From Promethearchaeota archaeon (GTDB lineage Archaea; Asgardarchaeota; Lokiarchaeia; Sigyniarchaeales; SOKP01), in contig JAEOTZ010000050.1 of the NCBI GenBank assembly GCA_016839585.1, positions 41,900-105,899 of the forward strand: a stretch of DNA of 64,000 bases. The letters are read 5' to 3'. Position numbers and translations under genes: made by a program. Positions 9,636-19,454 of this stretch are shown piece by piece. The notes beneath the pieces are model-generated. The model had not been told where the DNA came from, made no database searches, and saw only the letters and a list, made by a program, of their open reading frames with translations. Positions within the stretch are counted from its first letter, which is position 1. Every line of letters begins with the position of its first letter.

Positions 9636-10880
9636 TTATTCCTGTAATTCTTTATTTTTTTCTTCGTCAGGTTCTATTTTTTTAAGCTCTTCTTTAATCC
9701 TTTTGGTTTCTTCTTCTTTAAGTTTCTGTTCTTTTTGTTCAATTGCTTTTTGCTTTAGTTCTAACTCTACTTGAGATAGTTCCTTTTCTTTTTCAATTAA
9801 TTCTTCTTTTAATTTTAATACCTTTTCCTTCTCTAAGATTTCTTTTTCTTCTAATGCCTTCTCTTTTTCTTCTAATGCCAATTTTTTCTTTTTAATCTCT
9901 ATATCTTTCTTTTTTAGTTCCAATTCTTTATCAATAATTTCCGATTCTTCCTTCTTTAGCTTTTTTGGTATTTTTAATTTTGCAGGCTTTTCTTTACTTT
10001 CTATATCTTCTACCAATTCTTGTTCTTTCGTTATTATTTCCTCTTTTAATCTTAATGTCTCCTCTTTCGTTTGCATTGCCTTTTCTTCAATTTCTTTCTC
10101 TTTTTCTTCTAATGCCAATTTTTTCTTTTTAATCTCTAATTCTTTCTTTTTTAGTTCCAATTCTTTATCTAAAATTTCTGATTCTTCCTTTTCCAAATGT
10201 TTTTCCATCTTTTCTTCTTCTACAATTTCTCCTATTTTATCAATGGAAACTATGGATTTTAATATTGAATCTATGGATTTTTTTAAATCTTCATTCTCGG
10301 GAATATTTAGTATTTCTTTTGCATAATCAGTTAAAGTTCTAGTTATTACAGTTGGGTTATTCCTACCTATCGCTTTTAGAGTTTGAATAGCTTTTTCAAC
10401 TACAAAATCTTTATCATCTGATAATTTTAATATAATTGTTTTTATAAGAGCCTCATCATCAATATCAGTTTCTCCACCCGCCATGTATATTAATAATTGT
10501 AAAGCCGCTTCTCGGACATTAGGATCATTAGAATTTAATAAATCTTCACTATGAGGGAGGAATAAATCACATTCGTTTTCACACATAGTTTTCAGTAGTA
10601 GTAAAAATGTATATCTCAATAACGAGTCTTTTTTTGAAAGGTTGTTTAATAAAGTAGGTATATCAATAATTAAGTTTTCAATTAAAAATCTCAATACTGT
10701 TCTACCTCCATGAAGAGGTATTAATGTTTCTATAATATTTTCTAATCTTTCTATATAATTTTCTTCTGTTGGATTGCCCAAATAACGCGCGATTGTTTTT
10801 ACAGCATCATCAATTCTCCCATCTTTTATAAAATCTTTAACGATTTGAATTTCCTGATCTTTTTTATTAACCTCATTCAT
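9636..10880 (-). CDS. HEAT/ARM-repeat protein with long charged coiled-coil tail
   Basis: DPNVREAALQLL and DDKDFVVEKAIQTL HEAT repeats; E/K-rich tail with internal duplication. Confidence 0.75.
   Translation of the reverse strand: MNEVNKKDQEIQIVKDFIKDGRIDDAVKTIARYLGNPTEENYIERLENIIETLIPLHGGRTVLRFLIENLIIDIPTLLNNLSKKDSLLRYTFLLLLKTMCENECDLFLPHSEDLLNSNDPNVREAALQLLIYMAGGETDIDDEALIKTIILKLSDDKDFVVEKAIQTLKAIGRNNPTVITRTLTDYAKEILNIPENEDLKKSIDSILKSIVSIDKIGEIVEEEKMEKHLEKEESEILDKELELKKKELEIKKKKLALEEKEKEIEEKAMQTKEETLRLKEEIITKEQELVEDIESKEKPAKLKIPKKLKKEESEIIDKELELKKKDIEIKKKKLALEEKEKALEEKEILEKEKVLKLKEELIEKEKELSQVELELKQKAIEQKEQKLKEEETKRIKEELKKIEPDEEKNKELQE
9859..10190 (-). repeat. intragenic direct repeat, two copies of about 95 bp, 237 bp apart
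   Basis: Encodes EESEI(L/I)DKELELKKK(E/D)(L/I)EIKKKKLALEEKEK twice (about 9859-9953 and 10096-10190). Confidence 0.8.
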
Positions 10881-10905
10881 TATTATTAACCTCTTCTCTT
10901 TTCAT

Positions 10906-11862
10906 TTAATCTACCCAAATAATATAATAATCATTATAAATTCGTGTTATAAAATTAAAAATTAATCGCAAATCTCTAAATCTTAAAGGTAACCGCTTAT
11001 TATGTTCGATATAATTATTAGATTCTACACTAATATTCAACATTATTTCTAAATTTTCATTATCATCCATTTGTAAATGTATTTCTTCACAATACTGTGT
11101 AAGAGCATCTAGATCTTCTGCAAAAACATTCCAAAAATATTGATCTATTTTTGAAATATTTTCTTCTGGAAGTTTATCTTTAATTTTTAAAAGAACATCA
11201 TGAGGTACCATTGTTGAAACTGATACATATTTGGATGGAATTAACTTCATGCTTACCTCAGGAAAATAGATTTGAGCATATAATATGATTAAACCTAACA
11301 ATAATTCAAGACTAACAATATTTTCGCGATTAGCATTACAAAGGACATATTTTTCATTAATATTGATAACATGTATACGGTCATCATATTTGAAGATCAT
11401 ATAATTATTCATTAATATGTATTTAAAATTCTCATTTCGATTTTGAATCCTATCATCGAATATCTTCAAAGCATCTTTCCATTTTTCGAAAGAAATAAAC
11501 TGATTTAATTTACGATAATCTCCATGAAAAAAGATATCTAAAAAGTCTAATAGATATAAGTAAGTATCATAAGGTCTATATACAACAGTCTTATTTCTAA
11601 AATCCCTTTCGATGACCCCTTTATGAACGCTATAACAAAATTTTGGTAGATCCTCTAATTTTAAGCCATTTTTTATTCTTAATTTCAATAAAAAGCGTCT
11701 AGCGCATAATGGTGTTAATGTACATTGAATTCTATCAATCTGACATTCTTCAAAACATAATTTATCAATTCTATTCATCAATAAGTCAATCAAATCTGAT
11801 TTGTATTTAGTTTCTGATTCGTTTGCCAAATAATCTAATAGATGTTCTGGTTGTAAAGGCAT
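10906..11862 (-). CDS. hypothetical protein with N-terminal Cys cluster
   Basis: CFEEC-x5-C-x5-C...FCY; co-oriented with the HEAT gene. Confidence 0.6.
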   Translation of the reverse strand: MPLQPEHLLDYLANESETKYKSDLIDLLMNRIDKLCFEECQIDRIQCTLTPLCARRFLLKLRIKNGLKLEDLPKFCYSVHKGVIERDFRNKTVVYRPYDTYLYLLDFLDIFFHGDYRKLNQFISFEKWKDALKIFDDRIQNRNENFKYILMNNYMIFKYDDRIHVININEKYVLCNANRENIVSLELLLGLIILYAQIYFPEVSMKLIPSKYVSVSTMVPHDVLLKIKDKLPEENISKIDQYFWNVFAEDLDALTQYCEEIHLQMDDNENLEIMLNISVESNNYIEHNKRLPLRFRDLRLIFNFITRIYNDYYIIWVD

Positions 11863-12059
11863 CTTTTTAAATTAGAATATCAAAATTTTATTATAGATCT
11901 TATAAAGAAACTAATTTTCAAGTCTAATATTTTTTATTAATTTTTTATTATTCTATAAAAATACTTAAACTTTTATTAGAAAGGAATTATAAAGAATTAT
12001 TAAGAAGCATTACTTCTTTCTTTGTAGGATAGAATAGAATGTGTTAGGATAAGTAGAAT

Positions 12060-13625
12060 ATGTTAAGACAAATTCACATTTTTCTTAAAGCTGAACATTT
12101 ATTTTGTAAGGATTATGCAATGGCATTAAGTGGCGAGGAATTAAACAACGTTAAAGAAATTATCCAAGAATATATCGATATGCCAATGCCTAATAAAACA
12201 TTTAGTCGTCCGGTTTCAAATTTTCAGATATTTCATAGGGGAACCGGAGAATTGTATTTCTTATTTATAGCTGATTTAGTCGATTCACTTGATATATTAA
12301 ATGATATTATAAAAAGTACGATGGAAAAGTTTAAAGAGTTATTTCCTGATCCCTCTAAGATTAAAGAATCAAGTCCTTCTAAATATGAGTTTATGCGCTT
12401 CTTAGATTTGATCCAAAAAGATCTTCACTCGAAGATAGCAATTATAGGACCAACTGGTTCTGGAAAATCAACGCTCTATAACATGCTACGTAGTGGTGGA
12501 GAAAGATCAATAATGAATTTTGCAAAATCATCAATTTTTGAGATGGATGGTTTAAATTTTGATTTATGGGATTTTCAAATAAAAGATAATTTTTCTCCTT
12601 TATGGTCTAAGTTCATCAGTGGATCTGATTTAATTATTCTATTATTTGATTTATCAAATTATCATTTGAAGGTAGTTAATCATTTTATAAATTTGCATAA
12701 GCTTGAAAGTAATTTTTCCAGATTATTAATGATTGCTAACAAACGAGATTTAGTAGATGATGAAGATATAGGAAGAATTAAGAATGAATTAGATATAGAT
12801 GATTTTATTGAACTTTCTCTAAATGATCCTGAAACTAAGCAAAATATCGATGGATTATTAAAAAAAGCTGTAGGTTTAAAGGAAACATTACCATCAAATT
12901 TTAACGAACTAATAAAAAAAGCTGATGAATTAGTTGCTGTTGGAAATAATGTCCAAGCATTAGCGAAATATAATGAATTAATCAATGTATGTAATTTATA
13001 TCAAGATTTTATGTATTTACCAAGTCTTCAAACAAAAGCAGATAATCTTAGAAAATTAATTGACGAAAAAGTAAAGATTAGAAAAGAAATGGATAGAAAG
13101 AAAGAATTTGCAATCCCTGCTAAATTAAAATTTGCAAAAAAAATAATGGTAAAACCTCTTCCTGGTACAAAACCTATACCAGAAAATTCTGTTCAAATAA
13201 AAGCACCTGATACAGCTCCTGAGACAACTAAAAAAATGGCGTCATTTAAACAACTAGAAAAGAAACCAAAAGAATTGAAAATTTTCAAAACTGAGGAAGT
13301 ATCTCCCAAACCTAAAAAACTTACATTAACTCCAAAAGATTTAAAGATCGTAATACCCACCGAAAAAGAATTGAAAATTAAAGAAACTAAATTGCCTACT
13401 GATTTATTTCCAAAATTGGATGAATCAAAAGTAAAAATAGATGAAGCTAAATTAGGTGACTTCGCTAGCGAGTTACAAAAAATGATAACTGAGAAAGGAA
13501 GTTCCTTGAGTTTAAAATTATGCGAACAATTGATAACAGAATTACATAATTCCTTAGGAAGAACATTGACTAAGGAGGATATTAATCTAGCAGCAGATTT
13601 TTTTGTTAAACAAGAACAAATGTAA
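12060..13625 (+). CDS. longin-like domain + Ras-superfamily small GTPase + helical/Pro-Lys-rich C-terminus
   Basis: GPTGSGKST (G1), LWDFQ (degenerate G3), NKRD (G4); N-terminal 120 aa longin-like. Confidence 0.75.
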   Translation: MLRQIHIFLKAEHLFCKDYAMALSGEELNNVKEIIQEYIDMPMPNKTFSRPVSNFQIFHRGTGELYFLFIADLVDSLDILNDIIKSTMEKFKELFPDPSKIKESSPSKYEFMRFLDLIQKDLHSKIAIIGPTGSGKSTLYNMLRSGGERSIMNFAKSSIFEMDGLNFDLWDFQIKDNFSPLWSKFISGSDLIILLFDLSNYHLKVVNHFINLHKLESNFSRLLMIANKRDLVDDEDIGRIKNELDIDDFIELSLNDPETKQNIDGLLKKAVGLKETLPSNFNELIKKADELVAVGNNVQALAKYNELINVCNLYQDFMYLPSLQTKADNLRKLIDEKVKIRKEMDRKKEFAIPAKLKFAKKIMVKPLPGTKPIPENSVQIKAPDTAPETTKKMASFKQLEKKPKELKIFKTEEVSPKPKKLTLTPKDLKIVIPTEKELKIKETKLPTDLFPKLDESKVKIDEAKLGDFASELQKMITEKGSSLSLKLCEQLITELHNSLGRTLTKEDINLAADFFVKQEQM

Positions 13626-13812
13626 TGATTTTTTTAAAAATTTTTAAAATATACTTCTAATCTGTAATTTGTTTTTATTGTGCTTTATCCTCTTTAGATT
13701 GATAATTAATTCAAAAAATATTACATTTAGGAAAAATAAAACTAAAATTTATTTGTATATCCTTAATTATCTTTTTTAAAAATTTTTATCATTACAATAT
13801 AAAGTTTTTAAA

Positions 13813-15309
13813 ATGAATGCTATAGAAGAACTTAAGGAATATTTTGCTGAAATAATGAGACTACACTATATACAAGTGACATTGGGATGGGATCAAGAGG
13901 TAAATATGCAAAATTATAAATCATTAGAAGGTAGATCTAAGCAAGTATCTTTGATTGAAAAATTAATTCATAAAAGAGTAACTTCAGAAAAAGTCGGTAA
14001 ATTAATAAAGGAAGCAGAAGAACTTGCTGATCTTAATGAAATTGAAAGTGCTATGCTACGTGAAATTACTAGAGAATATAATCTTGCAACAAAATTACCT
14101 GAAAAATTAGTAACAGAAATTGCTGAAACTAGTATATTAGCAGCCAAAGATTGGAGAGAGGCTAGAGCTAAAAGTGATTTTTCAATTTTCCAAAATATCC
14201 TTGAGAAGAGTGTTGAATTACAAAAAGAAAAAGCAAGAAGGCTTAAGACTCATCCAGATATGTATTCAACTTTAATTGATTTATATGAACCTGGTGCCAC
14301 ATATAATTGGATTGCTAATGTCTTTAATCCAATAAAACCGAAACTAATAGATTTTGTTAAAAAGTTAAATTATTCTTCAAATAAACCTGATGATTCAATA
14401 CTAAGGAAGTATTATGATCCAGATAAACAGTTTGAACTTAGTTTTGAGATAATTAAAAAACTTAATTATGATCTTGGGTATGGTCGGCAGGATAGATCTA
14501 CTCACCCATTTACATCATCACTTGCTTCTATGGATACGCGAATCACTACAAGGACATCAGAAAATTACCCTAATGAATGTATCTTTGGAACAATACACGA
14601 ATGTGGTCATGCACTTTATGAAATGGGCATTAAGAAAGAGCTTCATGATACAATTTTATGTAACGGCACTTCAATGGGAATTCATGAATCTCAATCAAGA
14701 ATGTGGGAGAATTTTGTAGGTCGTAGTAAGGAATTTTGGATGTATTGGTATCCAACTTTTCAAAAGTATTTCCCTGAAAATTTAAAAAACTATCCTATGC
14801 AAGAATTTTATAGAGCTGTTAATACTGTTCAGCCATCATTTATAAGAGTAAATGCTGATGAGGTAACATATGGTTTACATATTATTTTGAGATTTGAATT
14901 AGAAAAAGAACTTATAGATGGTAAAATTCAAGTAAAAGAATTACCACAATTATGGAATTCTAAATTTGAAGATTTATTAGGAATTATTCCCCCTAATGAC
15001 ACTCAAGGAGTATTACAAGATATACACTGGAGTATGGGAAGTATAGGATATTTCCCTACATATTTTCTTGGAAATCTTTATGGAGCGCAGATATATCAGA
15101 ATGTTCTCAAAAAAATTCCGCAATTACCAGAAGATTATAGAAAAGGTGAATTTTCTAATTTATTGAATTATCTAAGAGAAAATGTGCATCAACATGGAAG
15201 TGTCTATAGAGCGAGTGATTTAATAAAAAGAATCACAGGGGAAGAATTAAACCCAAATTACTTTATGGATTATCTTGAAAAGAAATATTATCCAATTTAT
15301 AATCTCTAA
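13813..15309 (+). CDS. M32 metallocarboxypeptidase (Taq-type)
   Basis: HPF, HECGH (HExxH), HESQS, IRVNADE, GVLQDIHW, GYFPTY. Confidence 0.95.
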   Translation: MNAIEELKEYFAEIMRLHYIQVTLGWDQEVNMQNYKSLEGRSKQVSLIEKLIHKRVTSEKVGKLIKEAEELADLNEIESAMLREITREYNLATKLPEKLVTEIAETSILAAKDWREARAKSDFSIFQNILEKSVELQKEKARRLKTHPDMYSTLIDLYEPGATYNWIANVFNPIKPKLIDFVKKLNYSSNKPDDSILRKYYDPDKQFELSFEIIKKLNYDLGYGRQDRSTHPFTSSLASMDTRITTRTSENYPNECIFGTIHECGHALYEMGIKKELHDTILCNGTSMGIHESQSRMWENFVGRSKEFWMYWYPTFQKYFPENLKNYPMQEFYRAVNTVQPSFIRVNADEVTYGLHIILRFELEKELIDGKIQVKELPQLWNSKFEDLLGIIPPNDTQGVLQDIHWSMGSIGYFPTYFLGNLYGAQIYQNVLKKIPQLPEDYRKGEFSNLLNYLRENVHQHGSVYRASDLIKRITGEELNPNYFMDYLEKKYYPIYNL

Positions 15310-15414
15310 TTTTATTTTTTTTTAAATTTTATAATAATAAAACTGATAAAATATTCTGAAATATTTTAACTATTCATGAATGAGAAATCACACGATTAGG
15401 CTATTTGAGATAAC

Positions 15415-16005
15415 ATGTTATTGCAAGTGAAAAAATTTTCAGAAAAACTATTGCTTCCCTTAGGAAGAAAATTAACAAAAATACCTGCAAATTATTTTAC
15501 TTTACTTGGTATGATCTCTGCCATCATAACATTTATTGGTTTTTATTTTCAAAATCTCCCTTTAATTATTACTTTCTTATTTGTTACTGAGTTTTTTGAT
15601 CAATTAGACGGTGTAGTTGCCCGTCTTCAAGGACCAACAAAGATAGGTGCATTTCTAGATTCTACCTTAGATCGAATCGGAGATTTTTTTCTATTTTTTG
15701 GAGTAATCCTTGGTGGATATACTTCGATTGAAATAGGTCTAATAGTAATTATTGGTGCATTTTTAACTTCTTATACAAGAGCTAAAATTGAAGCACTTGG
15801 AATAAAAAGTATGTATGGAGTTGGATTAATTGAAAGAACAGATCGTGTTCCAATTTTGTTTATAGGGGCTATTTTTCAAATTTGGTTTCCAACCGCTATA
15901 TGGTGGACGATGATAATTTTAGCGATAGGAACAAATATTACTGCTATACATAGAATTCTTTACGCCTATAGTAAATTTTCTAAAAAGGAACAAGATTTGG
16001 AGTAG
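15415..16005 (+). CDS. CDP-alcohol phosphatidyltransferase (archaetidylinositol phosphate synthase-like)
   Basis: DQLDGVVAR...GAFLDSTLDRIGD signature; SYTRAKIE, ERTDR. Confidence 0.9.
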   Translation: MLLQVKKFSEKLLLPLGRKLTKIPANYFTLLGMISAIITFIGFYFQNLPLIITFLFVTEFFDQLDGVVARLQGPTKIGAFLDSTLDRIGDFFLFFGVILGGYTSIEIGLIVIIGAFLTSYTRAKIEALGIKSMYGVGLIERTDRVPILFIGAIFQIWFPTAIWWTMIILAIGTNITAIHRILYAYSKFSKKEQDLE

Positions 16006-16037
16006 AATTTTTAGAAAAATAAAAAATATTAAGTAAG

Positions 16038-16703
16038 TTAGAATTGCTTTCTATTAAAGATAAATATATTTAACAGCATAATTATAGTAGTAACAGAATA
16101 TCCTATTATTGGAGTAACCACAACTGGTTTACCAAAATCTATAAAAAGAGGTAATAGAAAAATTATCGAAGAAAGTTGATTTCCCAAATAAACTGATAAA
16201 ATTGCTGCAGCTGCTACTGATGGGACTAATACTCCGAAAAATATTCCCATTGAACATGAAACTGCCATAAAAGCCATAAGAATTAACATAGATTCTAGGA
16301 CTTCTATAAAGTCATCTACAGTTACTCCAACATCAAACGCTTCTAATATTAACATAGCTAAATATGAAATAAAAACCGCTATTACTAGACATAAATAAAC
16401 AGCAAAAAATTTAGCTAAAAGGAAATACCACCTTTTAACGGGTCTTACTAAGAATAATTCATACACATTATGATTTTTTTCACTTACTATTGATGTACTT
16501 AACATAACAGAAGAAAGAGTACTACCTATACTTGATATTATCAATCCTATGGAAATGGTTATTAAAGGATCCTCTACATCTGCTTGTTGATATAAAAAGC
16601 GAATTAAGATAGCTAATGCTGGCATCCCAAACCATAGGATAATCATAACCTTTGATTTAATATATCCTCTCAACTCATCAAAAAAAAGTAATAAGAAAGT
16701 CAC
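16038..16703 (-). CDS. ABC-2 type transporter permease
   Basis: 6 TM helices; EKNHNVYELFLVRPVKRW..LLAKF; overlaps the ATPase stop. Confidence 0.85.
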   Translation of the reverse strand: MTFLLLFFDELRGYIKSKVMIILWFGMPALAILIRFLYQQADVEDPLITISIGLIISSIGSTLSSVMLSTSIVSEKNHNVYELFLVRPVKRWYFLLAKFFAVYLCLVIAVFISYLAMLILEAFDVGVTVDDFIEVLESMLILMAFMAVSCSMGIFFGVLVPSVAAAAILSVYLGNQLSSIIFLLPLFIDFGKPVVVTPIIGYSVTTIIMLLNIFIFNRKQF

Positions 16704-17647
16704 TTTAATTCACCCCCTACATACGATAGGTATACTTCTTCTAAACTCGGTTTAACGATACTAAAATTTCTTATCTTACAATCATTTTCTAGTAATAATT
16801 TTAGAATTTGATTAACAGTAGAATTTAAATTAATATCAGAACTTAAGTGTACAAGTTGAATATTTGAAGCTAAATTTTCTACTTTTTCAACCTCAGCAAT
16901 ATTTTCTAAATCTTGGTATAACAACGTATTTTTAGCAACTTCAATTCTTATCATATTCCCTATGCGAAAATCACTTTGTAATTCATCAGGACTTCCTATT
17001 TTAAGAATTTTCCCTTTATGCAAAATTCCAATAACATTTGCTATATCTTGAACATCACTTAAGATATGTGAAGAAAATAGAATAGTCTTCCCACTTTTAG
17101 CAAGCGATTTGATTAATCCTTTTATTTGGTACCTAATGGAAGGATCCAAACCAGATAACGGTTCATCTAAAACAAGAATTTCTGGTTCGTGTAAGAGAGC
17201 TTGACATAACCTAAGTTTTTGGATCATACCCCCTGATAAATGTTTAATTTTTTTATATCTTACATCTTCAAGTTCGGTAAATTTTAAAACATCATAAATA
17301 CGATTTTCAAGATTGCCTTTACTCACTCCAGATAAACGACCAAAAGTTGTAAGAGCCTGGTTAACTGTTCTCCATTCTTGAAATCCTACTTCTTGAGGAT
17401 GATATCCTACAATTTTGTGAAGATCTTTAAAATTAGATACAGATATTCCATTAACATATACTTCCCCTTTATAATTTGGAATTAATCCGACTAAAATTTT
17501 AATAGTTGTAGTTTTCCCCGCACCATTTGGTCCGATATATCCAAATATATCTCCTTTTTCTATTATAAAAGAGATATTGTTTAAAGCAAGAAGATCTTTA
17601 TAACTTTTAGAAACATTATGTAATTCAATACAGCTATTTTGGCTCAT
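16700..17647 (-). CDS. ABC transporter ATP-binding protein
   Basis: GPNGAGKTT, LSGGM, LDEP, SSHIL. Confidence 0.95.
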   Translation of the reverse strand: MSQNSCIELHNVSKSYKDLLALNNISFIIEKGDIFGYIGPNGAGKTTTIKILVGLIPNYKGEVYVNGISVSNFKDLHKIVGYHPQEVGFQEWRTVNQALTTFGRLSGVSKGNLENRIYDVLKFTELEDVRYKKIKHLSGGMIQKLRLCQALLHEPEILVLDEPLSGLDPSIRYQIKGLIKSLAKSGKTILFSSHILSDVQDIANVIGILHKGKILKIGSPDELQSDFRIGNMIRIEVAKNTLLYQDLENIAEVEKVENLASNIQLVHLSSDINLNSTVNQILKLLLENDCKIRNFSIVKPSLEEVYLSYVGGELK

Positions 17648-17854
17648 TTCTTTAACATCTATACTATTTAAATATTAATTGATTTTAACTTCTCTGAATT
17701 TTTAAAATTATTATTCTATAACTATTTTTACATATATAATTTAAAGCTTTATTATCTAAAAAAAAATTAACAGATTTGTACTCAGAACAAATTTATATAT
17801 AAAATCTGTCATAATTTATTCAATTAGATTTCTTATACAAACTGGGATACGATA

Positions 17855-18835
17855 ATGTTCATTAATGAAATTAATATAAAATTAGTTGTTTTTGGAGATG
17901 GTGGTGTTGGTAAGACTTCTATTATAAACTCTTATTTAAATAAAGGTTTCCCAGAAAGATATATTCCTACAATAGGAAGTAATATTTCTAGAAAAGAATA
18001 TAAATTGAAGGATTATTTTATTCGTATGAATATATTTGATATTGGTGGCCAACGTGCTTTTAATCCGCTAAACCCAGTATATTTTAACAATGTTGATGTA
18101 GCCCTATTAGTTTTTGATTTATCTAAGACAAAAGAAACACTTATAGAACTGCAAAAAACATATTTAAAGAAATTAACAGAGTCTTCTGAAGATTGCTTAA
18201 CTTATTTAATTGGAAATAAATTAGATTTAATATCAACAGAAGATGATTTAAAGGAAATTTCTGATCGATTTAGTATTAAAGAAATCCCATTAATTCTTAT
18301 TTCTGCTAAAACGCAACATAAAGTCCAAGATCTTTTTGAATTATCAGTTTTTAATTTTTTGCAAGATTGGGATAATAAAATTGAAGATACTGATAGTAGA
18401 CTTTCAGAAGAATTTTTGGGATTTATCAGAAAAAGTGAGAATGATCTAAATGATTTATTTACAAATTTAACAAATATTGATTTACATGCTCTTAAAAAGA
18501 AATCAACTACAAAGATCACAAAAAAAGTCTCAATTTCATCAGAAAGTGAAATTGAATTACCTGAATCTCTTGAGAAAATTAAAGATACTCAAAATCAAAT
18601 TCCCAAATTCGATGAAATTAAAGAGAATATTATAAATGCTTATAGCAATAATTTAACAGCAATTAAAGATATAATTATAAATTTAAAGAACACTCCAATA
18701 GCTTTACTCAACGAGATAATTGATAAAACATCCAAAGATTTAAATTATTTCAAAGAGGATTTTGAGTTAAAGCTGCAATCAATATTAAAACTAGAAAAAG
18801 AGAAAAAAACAAAACACAATCAAAAGATTAATTAA
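17855..18835 (+). CDS. Rab-like small GTPase with C-terminal helical extension
   Basis: GDGGVGKTS, PTIG, FDIGGQ, GNKLD and SAK (G1-G5 intact). Confidence 0.9.
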   Translation: MFINEINIKLVVFGDGGVGKTSIINSYLNKGFPERYIPTIGSNISRKEYKLKDYFIRMNIFDIGGQRAFNPLNPVYFNNVDVALLVFDLSKTKETLIELQKTYLKKLTESSEDCLTYLIGNKLDLISTEDDLKEISDRFSIKEIPLILISAKTQHKVQDLFELSVFNFLQDWDNKIEDTDSRLSEEFLGFIRKSENDLNDLFTNLTNIDLHALKKKSTTKITKKVSISSESEIELPESLEKIKDTQNQIPKFDEIKENIINAYSNNLTAIKDIIINLKNTPIALLNEIIDKTSKDLNYFKEDFELKLQSILKLEKEKKTKHNQKIN

Positions 18836-18858
18836 AAAAAGAGAAATGGTGAATAAGA

Positions 18859-19419
18859 TTGCCTAAAAAAGAGGTTATCAAGGAAATAACTCCAAAGTTA
18901 ATTCAGAAATTAGTAGACCAAGTAAATAAACTTGAAGAGAATATTGAATTAATCAATAACGAACTTAAAGAAAATGTTGAATTAATTAATGAAAATATTA
19001 GAAAAATAAAAGAGGAGATTACAATATATAAAGAACAAACTGAAGAAACGATTAGAACTCAAGAAGATATCATAATCAGTATGGTACATAAATTTAATGA
19101 CCAATTTTTATTAGAAAAAAACAAAATCATATCTGACTTAGAAGCAGTTAAAACTCAATTTGATGTAATGAAAATCTCTTTCACTGTTAACGAAAATCAA
19201 CTTTTAGAGAAACTAAGAACTATGATAAGGGGAGAGTTAAAAAATGTAATTACTGGTAAAGAAGATGAAATATTAATGAAATTATGGATTGATGAATTAA
19301 AACAAATAATTTTGAATTTTGAAAATTTGAAAAAGGTTCATCCTAAAGAATTTAATTTACAAATTGAAGAGATTTCTAACACTATTGAAGTTTTCAAGCA
19401 AAAACTTCAAGGTTCTTAA
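18859..19419 (+). CDS. coiled-coil protein
   Basis: Heptad-rich sequence; 23 bp downstream of the GTPase. Confidence 0.65.
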   Translation: MPKKEVIKEITPKLIQKLVDQVNKLEENIELINNELKENVELINENIRKIKEEITIYKEQTEETIRTQEDIIISMVHKFNDQFLLEKNKIISDLEAVKTQFDVMKISFTVNENQLLEKLRTMIRGELKNVITGKEDEILMKLWIDELKQIILNFENLKKVHPKEFNLQIEEISNTIEVFKQKLQGS

Positions 19420-19454
19420 GTGAATCAAATAATGAAGAAAGATAAAATAATATG

